NCBI GenBank assembly: GCA_044229975.1
Contig: JBGARZ010000013.1
Coordinates: 64,001 to 128,000 of the forward strand
Source of the DNA: Polyangiales bacterium
GTDB taxonomy: Bacteria; Myxococcota_A; Polyangia; Polyangiales; Ga0077539
Direction of reading: 5' to 3'
Length of the DNA: 64,000 nucleotides
Part shown: positions 56,996 through 64,000 of the stretch, one piece after another
How positions within the stretch are numbered: the stretch's first letter is position 1
How the letters are laid out: each line of letters starts with the position of its first letter
Program-made: the position numbers and the translations under genes
The notes under the pieces: generated by a model
The model's database searches: none
What the model saw: the letters and a program-made list of their open reading frames with translations, nothing else
Told to the model about the DNA's origin: nothing

Positions 56996-58006
56996 ATGGC
57001 GTCGAAGGCTGAGGGGACCGCGGCTCCGAAGGAGTCCGTCGAGCGCTTCCGGAAGGACCTCGCGGCGGTGCGGTTGGAGGTGGGCCGCGTGATCGTCGGG
57101 CACCAGTCCGTCGTTGATGGCGTGCTCACGTGCCTGCTCGCGGGCGGTCACGCGCTGCTGGAGGGCGTCCCCGGCCTGGGCAAGACGATGCTCGTCCGAA
57201 CGCTCGGCCGCGCGCTCGACCTACAGTTTGCGCGAGTGCAGTTCACGCCCGACCTGATGCCCTCGGACATCCTCGGCACGCAGATGATCGCGGAGGACGA
57301 GAAGGGCGCCAAGCGCTTCGAGTTTCAGCGCGGGCCCATCTTCGCCAACCTCGTGCTCGCCGACGAGATCAACCGCGCGACCCCGAAGACCCAGAGCGCG
57401 CTGCTCGAAGCGATGCAGGAGCAGTCGGTCACCATCGCGCGCAAGACCCACGCGCTCGACCAGCCCTTCTTCGTGCTCGCCACGCAAAACCCGCTGGAGA
57501 TGGAGGGCACCTACCCGCTACCCGAGGCGCAGCTCGATCGCTTCTTCTTCAAGCTCAACGTGCCGTTTCCCAAGCGCGACGACCTGCACGCCATCCTCGA
57601 TCGCACGACGGGTGGCGACGAAGCCGCCGTGAAGCCCGTGCTCGACCGCGCGCGCATCCTGGAGCTGCGGGCGCTCACCAGGGAGGTTCCGGTCGCGCGC
57701 TCGGTGCAGGACTACGCCATTCGCCTGGTGCTCGCGACGCACCCCGATCAGGAGGGCGCGACGGCGTCGGTGAAGCGCTACGTCCGCTTCGGCGCGTCGC
57801 CGCGTGGGGCGCAGGCGATACTCCTGGCGGCGAAGATTCGCGCGGTGATGGACGGCCGCTTCAGCGCGAGCGCCGACGACGTGAAGGCGAGCGCGCCGCC
57901 GGCACTGCGACACCGGATGATCCTGAACTTCGAGGGCGAGGCCGAGGGTGTGCGTCCCGATGCGGTGCTCGAAGAGATCCTCGGGTCGGTGAAGCCGGGG
58001 GCATAA
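56996..58006 (+). CDS. moxR: MoxR family AAA+ ATPase
   Basis: EGVPGLGKT, QFTPDLMPSD, ADEINRA, ATQNP, PEAQLDRF. Confidence 0.96.
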   Translation: MASKAEGTAAPKESVERFRKDLAAVRLEVGRVIVGHQSVVDGVLTCLLAGGHALLEGVPGLGKTMLVRTLGRALDLQFARVQFTPDLMPSDILGTQMIAEDEKGAKRFEFQRGPIFANLVLADEINRATPKTQSALLEAMQEQSVTIARKTHALDQPFFVLATQNPLEMEGTYPLPEAQLDRFFFKLNVPFPKRDDLHAILDRTTGGDEAAVKPVLDRARILELRALTREVPVARSVQDYAIRLVLATHPDQEGATASVKRYVRFGASPRGAQAILLAAKIRAVMDGRFSASADDVKASAPPALRHRMILNFEGEAEGVRPDAVLEEILGSVKPGA

Positions 58007-58009
58007 CGC

Positions 58010-58936
58010 GTGGGCTGGCTCGACTGGCTGCGCGCGCCGAAGACCGTCGCGGTGACGGAGGACGAGCTCTTCGACGCCGACTTCCAACGGCGTCTGGAGT
58101 ACCTCGCGGTGGCGTCGCGGCGGCTCTTCGCGGGTCGCATCAAGGCCGAGCGCCGCACGCGCATCGCGGGCAGCGGCATCGAGTTCGCGGACCATCGGGC
58201 GTACACGCCGGGCGACGACCTGCGCGCGCTCGACTGGAGCGTCTACGGCCGCACCGAACGCCTTCTGGTGAAGCGCTTCGAGGAGGAGGAAGACCTCACC
58301 ATCGCCATCGTCCTCGACGTGTCGGGATCCATGGCCTTCGGCGATCGGGCGCGCTTCGACCACGCGCGGAGATTGGCGGCAGCGATGGCCTACGTGGCGC
58401 TGTCCAATCTCGATCGGGTGGCGATGGTGGCGGTGTCGACGAAGATCGAGCGGCGCATGGCCCCGGCGCGCGGCAAGGGACAGATCTTCAAGGTGTTCGA
58501 GTTTCTGCGGGGGTTGAAGCCGGGCGGGGAGACGGCGCTCGCCGAAGCGGGTCGCACGCTGGGTGCGGAGCTGAAGCGCCGCGGCGTGGCCATCGTGGTG
58601 AGCGACCTCTACGACCCGGCGGGCTTCGAGCGCGGGCTCAACGCGCTGCGGTACCAGAAGTTCGAGCCGATGGTGATCCACGTGACCGACGCGCGGGACG
58701 CCGACCCGGGCGCGCGCGGCGACGTGCTGCTGGTCGACGCGGAGTCGGGCGAAGGCCGCGAGGTGACGCTGACGCCCGCGCTGGTGGCGAAGTTTCGCGA
58801 CGCGCACGCGCAGTGGGGACGCGAGGTAGAGGGCTTCTGCAAGGCGCGTCGCGTGGCCTACGCGCGGGCTGAAGTGGGCGGAGCGCTCGAAGACCAGGTG
58901 CTGAATCTGTTCCGCCGATCGGGGCTGGTGGAGTGA
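58010..58936 (+). CDS. DUF58 domain protein
   Basis: GSGIEFADHRAYTPGDDLR.LDW, DVSGSM. Confidence 0.93.
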   Translation: MGWLDWLRAPKTVAVTEDELFDADFQRRLEYLAVASRRLFAGRIKAERRTRIAGSGIEFADHRAYTPGDDLRALDWSVYGRTERLLVKRFEEEEDLTIAIVLDVSGSMAFGDRARFDHARRLAAAMAYVALSNLDRVAMVAVSTKIERRMAPARGKGQIFKVFEFLRGLKPGGETALAEAGRTLGAELKRRGVAIVVSDLYDPAGFERGLNALRYQKFEPMVIHVTDARDADPGARGDVLLVDAESGEGREVTLTPALVAKFRDAHAQWGREVEGFCKARRVAYARAEVGGALEDQVLNLFRRSGLVE

Positions 58937-60828
58937 TGGAGTGGCTGGGCCTCGCGCCGTCGCAGCTCGCGTGGGCGGGCGCGCTCGCGGGCCTCGCGGT
59001 GGTGGCGCTGTACCTCCTCAAGCAGCGTCGTCGGCGGGTGCTGGTTCCCTTCGCGCCGCTGTGGACGCGCGTCATCGAGGAGCGCCCGAGCGCGAAGCTC
59101 TTCGAGCGTCTGCGTCGGCTGCTCTCGCTCCTCCTGCAACTGGTGCTGCTGGCGCTGCTGGTGGTGGCGCTGGGTGATCCGCGGCCCGCGGGGGCGTCGC
59201 GGCGCGGGCGCACGACGGTGCTGCTGCTCGATGCGAGCGCGAGCCTGTCGGCGACGGACGTCCCCGGGGGGAGGGCGACGGCGGCGCGCGAGGCGGCGCG
59301 GCGCATCGTTCGCGCGATGGGCCCCGACGACCGGATGCTGGTGGCCCAGATGGACGCCGAGGTGACGGCGCTCACGCCCGTGACCGACGACCTCGCGGCG
59401 CTGGAGGCGGCGGTGTCGTCGTACCGGCCGCGCGACACGGGCGTCGACCTCCCGCGGGCGCTCCGCTTCGCGCGCGACGTGCTGCGTGGAGATGCCCACG
59501 GCGAGGTGATCGTGGTGGGCGACGGGGCGTACCCCGCGATGGCGGGAGAGAGCCCGCTGGGCGCGCTGCCGCTGCGCTTCGTGGGCGTCGGTCGTCGCGG
59601 GCGCAACCTCGGGCTGACGGCGTTTTCGGCGCGGCGCTATCCGCTCGATCGGTCGCGCTGCGAGGCGATGGTCGAGCTCCAGAGCTGGAGCGATCGGGCC
59701 GAGTCGGTGGTGCTGACGGTGAGCGTCGACGGCGCGCCCATCGAGCGCGCTCGCTTGCGGGTGGCGCCGGGCGAGCGCGTGCAGCGGGTCATCGAGCGGC
59801 TGTCGGGCGGCGGCGAACGCCTGGAAGCGCGCATCACCCTGGAGGACGGGACGCGCGACGACCTCCCGGTGGACGACGTGGCCTACGCGACGCTGCCGGA
59901 GAGACGGCGCGCGCGGGTGTTGTCGGTGGGCAACGGCAACCGCTACCTGGAGGCGGCGCTGCTGCTCGACGAGTACCTGGAGGTGGTCGACGCGACGTCC
60001 GAGCGGGCGGGCGCGGCGCTGGCGCAGGGTCACTTCGACGTGGTCATCAGCGATGGGGTCGCGGTGGAGGTTCCGCCGGGGGTGGGCTGGATCTCGCTGC
60101 GACCGCCCGAAGGAGGCTCGCCGCGACCGGTGGAGGCGGGCTTCGCGACGGCGCCCGCGGGGGGAGCGCTGGGCTTCGAGCGGGTCGATCGGAGGCACCC
60201 GGTGACGCGCTTCACCAGCGACCTCGAAGAGGCCCACATCGGTCGCATCGCGCGCTACCGCCTCGACGCGCGCGACCGGGTGCTGGGCGCGAGCGCGGCG
60301 GGTCCGCTGCTGGTGGCGGGCGAGCGGGAGGGGGCGCGCTTCGTGATGTTCACGTTTGATGTGCGCGAGAGCGACGTGCCGCTGCTGGTGTCGTGGCCGG
60401 TGCTGCTCATCAACGCGATCGACTGGTTTTCCGGGGAAGACGGAGCGTTTCAGTCGTCGTACCGGACGGGCACGGCGTGGCGGATGCCGGTTCCTGCGGG
60501 TGAGTCGGAGGCGACGGTGGAGACGCCGTCGGGGCGGCGCGTGCGGGTGCCAGTGGTGGAGGGGCGCGCGGTGTTCTTCGGGACGGAGGCGGGCTTCCAT
60601 CGGCTGCACGCGGGTGAGTCGCACACGCTGGTCGCGGGCAACCTGATGGACCCGGACGAGTCCGCGTGCGCGCCGCGGGCGACGCTGGCGGTGGGCACGA
60701 CGCGCGCGACGGCGCCGCTGCCGGGGAGGCCGGGGTTGCGGCGCGAGTGGTGGGCGGCGCTGCTGGCGGTGGCGGCGCTCATCGTGGTGGCCGAGTGGGC
60801 CACGTGGCATCGACGGGTGACGGTGTAG
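58933..60828 (+). CDS. BatA N-terminal + VWA domain membrane protein
   Basis: ALYLLK, LLLQL, LDASASL, C-terminal TM with AEW. Confidence 0.88.
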   Translation: MMEWLGLAPSQLAWAGALAGLAVVALYLLKQRRRRVLVPFAPLWTRVIEERPSAKLFERLRRLLSLLLQLVLLALLVVALGDPRPAGASRRGRTTVLLLDASASLSATDVPGGRATAAREAARRIVRAMGPDDRMLVAQMDAEVTALTPVTDDLAALEAAVSSYRPRDTGVDLPRALRFARDVLRGDAHGEVIVVGDGAYPAMAGESPLGALPLRFVGVGRRGRNLGLTAFSARRYPLDRSRCEAMVELQSWSDRAESVVLTVSVDGAPIERARLRVAPGERVQRVIERLSGGGERLEARITLEDGTRDDLPVDDVAYATLPERRRARVLSVGNGNRYLEAALLLDEYLEVVDATSERAGAALAQGHFDVVISDGVAVEVPPGVGWISLRPPEGGSPRPVEAGFATAPAGGALGFERVDRRHPVTRFTSDLEEAHIGRIARYRLDARDRVLGASAAGPLLVAGEREGARFVMFTFDVRESDVPLLVSWPVLLINAIDWFSGEDGAFQSSYRTGTAWRMPVPAGESEATVETPSGRRVRVPVVEGRAVFFGTEAGFHRLHAGESHTLVAGNLMDPDESACAPRATLAVGTTRATAPLPGRPGLRREWWAALLAVAALIVVAEWATWHRRVTV

Positions 60829-60838
60829 CGGGCGGCCT

Positions 60839-61495
60839 TCAGCGAACGCGGCGAGAGCGACGACGCAGCGCCAGGCCGAGCAGCCCGAGCGCCCACCACG
60901 AGCGAGCGGGCGCAGCACCGACGACGGTGCACCCGCAGCCCTGAACGAGCCGCCCGGTGTCATCGACGGGCATCTCGTCGACGACGGCGGGAGCGTCGGT
61001 AGTGCCAGCGTCCTGCGTGATGATGGGCGACTCCTCGTAGTGGACGAAGGTGTCGCTCGGGACGTCGCTGATGGGCGGCAGCGGACGATCGATGACGGGG
61101 AGGATGCCCACGTCGCGCACGATGACGACGTCGGCCACGCGGTCTTCGTTGCCCGGGCGATCGGGCGGAGGCGGCGCGCCCGCGGCGTCCCACGGCGGCT
61201 CGGCGCTGGCGTCGAGAGAGGACGTGCGAGCGACGCAGCGACGATCGACGCACACGGTGGCGCTGCACTCGGGTCGGCAATCGCTGTCGGCGCTGCACTC
61301 GACGGGGACGAGGTCCGAGCCGCGGTACCAGCAGTACCCGGTCACGCAGACGTAGCCGCACGGGCACGACGACGCGCCGAAGCAGGTCACCGACGCGTCA
61401 CGAATCCCGGACGTCTCCGCGGCCCCCGTCGACCCCGCCCCGAGGACCGCACCGAGCATCGCAAACGCCACCACCCACTGGGAGAACTCTTTCAT
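60839..61495 (-). CDS. Cys-rich exported protein with MYXO-CTERM-like sorting tail
   Basis: Signal peptide, Cys clusters, GCGC...LGLLGLALRRR. Confidence 0.75.
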   Translation of the reverse strand: MKEFSQWVVAFAMLGAVLGAGSTGAAETSGIRDASVTCFGASSCPCGYVCVTGYCWYRGSDLVPVECSADSDCRPECSATVCVDRRCVARTSSLDASAEPPWDAAGAPPPPDRPGNEDRVADVVIVRDVGILPVIDRPLPPISDVPSDTFVHYEESPIITQDAGTTDAPAVVDEMPVDDTGRLVQGCGCTVVGAAPARSWWALGLLGLALRRRSRRVR

Positions 61496-61590
61496 CGTCT
61501 GACCTCGGGCCCACGCCACTGCACACGCCGCACCGCGCGAGACAACGGCGTTTGTGCGCCGAATCGCTGCGCCGGGTTGTGCCATCGCTC

Positions 61591-61674
61591 GGGGTGGGGA
61601 CGGTTTCAACTTTTCACGTTGTTACGGTTGGGCTCGATCGTAGCAACTTGAAAACTTGAGACCGTCCCCACCCC
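61591..61674. repeat. 84-bp imperfect palindrome (REP/REPIN-like hairpin)
   Basis: Perfect outer arms GGGGTGGGGACGGT / ACCGTCCCCACCCC; pairing continues almost to the centre. Confidence 0.85.
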
Positions 61675-61675
61675 G

Positions 61676-62632
61676 TCACCCGCCGCGCGCCTTCTCCTTC
61701 TTACAGCGCTCGGTAAACTCGGCGATGATGTGCTCGCGGAACACCCGCACCTTCGGCGTCACCAGCCGCGTCGCGTGGTGCACGACGAAGAGCGTTCCTT
61801 TGAAGCCCGCCCAGTCCTTGAGCACCGGCACGAGGCGCCCCGCGGTGACGTCGTTGCGCGCGACCACGTCGGGCAGCAGCGCTACGCCGCCACCACCGAG
61901 GGCCACCTCGCGGGTGAACGAGTAGTCCGACCCCGCGATGGGCGCGTGTCCCTTGAAGCGCAGCCGGTGCTCCTCCGTCCCGCGCCGCAGCGTGAGCGAC
62001 GCGGCACCTCTCCCCCCCTGCCCCAGCAACAACCGATGGCCATCGAGTTCGTCCACCCGCTTCGGCGCGCCGTGCTGCTTCACATACCCCGGCGACGCGT
62101 AGAGCCGCGCCTCGATGTCCAGCAGCCGGTGCGCGACCAGCGTCGAGTCCTGCAACACCGACCCCGCCCGCAGCGCTACGTCGATCTGGTGCGCGTCGAA
62201 GTCGAGAAACGTCTCCGTCAGCACCATCTCCACGGTGACCTCCGGGTAGCGCTCGACGAAGCTCGCGATCACCGGCGGCAGCAGCGTGAGCCCCACGTCC
62301 GTCGGCGCCGTCACGCGCAGGTGCCCGCTCGGCGACGTGAGCGCCCGCCGCGCCTGCGCGTTGGCCTCGTCGAGCATCTCCAGCACGCGCCCCACCGAGG
62401 CCCGATACGCCGCGCCGTCCTCGGTCGCCTGCACCAACCGCGGCGACCGTCGCAGCAGCACCACGCCGAGCGAGCGCTCCAGCCGCGTGATGCGCCGGCT
62501 CACAGCACCCTTCGTCTCACCGAGCGCCTTCGCTGCCCCCGTGATCGACCCGAGATCCACCACCCGGCAAAACGCTCGCAGGTCGTCGACGTCCGTCGCG
62601 GCTGTTTCCGTTTCCACAACCTGATGTTTCAT
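61676..62632 (-). CDS. LysR family regulator (CrgA/DmlR-like)
   Basis: GSITGAAKALG, VSRRITRLE, GHLRVTAP, IDVALR. Confidence 0.95.
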   Translation of the reverse strand: MKHQVVETETAATDVDDLRAFCRVVDLGSITGAAKALGETKGAVSRRITRLERSLGVVLLRRSPRLVQATEDGAAYRASVGRVLEMLDEANAQARRALTSPSGHLRVTAPTDVGLTLLPPVIASFVERYPEVTVEMVLTETFLDFDAHQIDVALRAGSVLQDSTLVAHRLLDIEARLYASPGYVKQHGAPKRVDELDGHRLLLGQGGRGAASLTLRRGTEEHRLRFKGHAPIAGSDYSFTREVALGGGGVALLPDVVARNDVTAGRLVPVLKDWAGFKGTLFVVHHATRLVTPKVRVFREHIIAEFTERCKKEKARGG

Positions 62633-62713
62633 CTCCACCCGATTGTGGCACCTCCGGGAACGCTCTAGAAGCACATCACTCGACGATCTTCTCGCTCGTC
62701 ACGGAGGCTCCCC

Positions 62714-63355
62714 ATGCGTTCTGTCGCCGTCACCCTCGCCGCCCTCTCCATTGCCACTTTCGCCGCCTGCAAGGACCCCAACGCCAACACCGCGCGCGCC
62801 GCCACCAGCGCCGCCGTCGCCGCCCCGACGGCCCCTGCCGCATCGGCCAGCGAGCACCTCACCATCAACGCCGCGGCGTCGTCTGTGGGCTTCACCGGCG
62901 CCAAGGTCACGGGCACGCACCTCGGCAACTTCCCGACCTTCAGCGGCACCATCGACCTCGACCCGGCCCGCGTCGAAAACAGCCGCATCAGCGTCGACGT
63001 CGACACCACCTCCGTCACCACCGACACCCCGCGCCTCACCGAACACCTGAAGTCCCCCGACTTCTTCAACGTCGCGCAGTTTCCCCACGCGACCTTCACG
63101 TCCACTGCCATCACCGCGGGCGGCACCGGCGGCGCCACGCACACCATCACCGGCAACCTCGCGCTGCACGGCGTGACCCGCGCCATCACGTTCCCCGCCA
63201 CCGTGACCATCACCCCGGGTGAGTTCGCCGCCACGGCGGAGTTCGTCATCAACCGCCGCGAGTTCGGCATCGTCTACGCGGGCATGCCGGACAACCTCAT
63301 CCGCGACGACGTCGCGATGCACCTCTCGCTGCGCGCCCCGCGCGCGGCGCACTGA
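62714..63355 (+). CDS. YceI family lipoprotein
   Basis: FAAC lipobox, HLKSPDFF, GNLALHGVT, INRREFGI. Confidence 0.93.
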   Translation: MRSVAVTLAALSIATFAACKDPNANTARAATSAAVAAPTAPAASASEHLTINAAASSVGFTGAKVTGTHLGNFPTFSGTIDLDPARVENSRISVDVDTTSVTTDTPRLTEHLKSPDFFNVAQFPHATFTSTAITAGGTGGATHTITGNLALHGVTRAITFPATVTITPGEFAATAEFVINRREFGIVYAGMPDNLIRDDVAMHLSLRAPRAAH

Positions 63356-63458
63356 CCGCGCCCCTCCCCGACCGTCAACGTTGGTTCGCACCCCCCGCCG
63401 CCAACGACCCGCCACGACAGACCCACCGCCGACCCGCCTCGCAGGCATTTCCACCGCG

Positions 63459-63474
63459 TGGCATCGCCCGTGCT
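63459..63474 (+). promoter_or_regulatory. Putative sigma54 promoter TGGCAT-CGCCC-GTGCT
   Basis: GG-N10-GC, 29 bp upstream of the CAP gene ATG. Confidence 0.55.
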
Positions 63475-63502
63475 CCGGGGTGGTGCCTCAGGAGGTCCGC
63501 CC

Positions 63503-64000
63503 ATGACCATCACCCGCCCGTCCCTCCTCGCCTTCTTCACCATCGCCCTCGCCGCCCCGCTCGCCACGGCCCAGACCGTCGACCGCTCGGGCGTCACCAC
63601 CATGGTCGGCGCCATCAACGCCGAGCGCGCCCGGCAGAACCTCCCAGCCCTCACCGAAGACCCGCGGCTCGACGCCGTCGCCGAGGCCCACTCCCTCGAC
63701 ATGGCGCGCGCCCGCTTCTTCTCGCACACGTCGCCGACCACCGGTCAGCCCGCCGAGCGCGTCACCAGCGCCGGCATGAGCTGGAACGCCGTCGCCGAAA
63801 ACATCGCCATCAACCAGTCCCCGCAGGCCGCGCAGCAGAGCCTCGTGCGCAGCCCCGGCCACTACCAGAACATGATCGACCCCGCGCAGCGCTCGGTAGG
63901 CGTCGGCATCGTGCGCCACGGCGATCAGGTGTGGGTCACGCAGCTCTTCGCGGCGCTCAACGGCCCCGCTCCCACCGCGGCTCCGGTGGTCACTCCGCCT
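63503..64000 (+). CDS. CAP (SCP) domain exported protein, 3' truncated by the window edge
   Basis: AHSLDMA..FFSH, AENIA, SPGHYQNM, GVGI, TQLF; AGGAGG RBS; absent from the ORF track. Confidence 0.92.
   Translation, partial: MTITRPSLLAFFTIALAAPLATAQTVDRSGVTTMVGAINAERARQNLPALTEDPRLDAVAEAHSLDMARARFFSHTSPTTGQPAERVTSAGMSWNAVAENIAINQSPQAAQQSLVRSPGHYQNMIDPAQRSVGVGIVRHGDQVWVTQLFAALNGPAPTAAPVVTPP

Noticed and set aside
55022..60828. MoxR-DUF58-VWA operon as a novel system
   Set aside because: A well-known, widespread chaperone-type arrangement

Overview
A GC-rich (roughly 70% by eye) chromosomal window from a myxobacterium-like organism. The evidence is a MYXO-CTERM-tailed protein, Cys-rich/Stig1-like and DAG-repeat lipoproteins, and sigma54-type promoters. 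I see no rRNA, tRNA or canonical CRISPR array. Main blocks: (1) a lower-GC defence-type island at the left edge (DNA MTase, DUF262 protein, HEPN protein with an EF-Tu-domain-II-like tail); (2) lipoproteins and a TetR-VOC-VOC cassette; (3) a tightly coupled operon behind a sigma54-type promoter: His-rich membrane protein, atypical P450, tandem cNMP-binding/BFD [2Fe-2S]/FNR fusion, and GDPD; (4) a terpene-cyclase-fold lipoprotein with CxxCH, a second atypical P450 and HtrA; (5) a ten-gene CDP-sugar/flippase cluster; (6) a decayed accessory hotspot (49.8-54.9 kb) containing a six-unit, 42-bp-periodic repeat/spacer array directly upstream of a small MerR-like HTH gene; (7) a MoxR-DUF58-VWA operon, LysR/YceI and a partial CAP gene. 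The best candidates for undescribed systems are the 42-bp array plus MerR-like protein and the cNMP-gated P450 operon. All calls come from motif recognition by eye; no database search was run.
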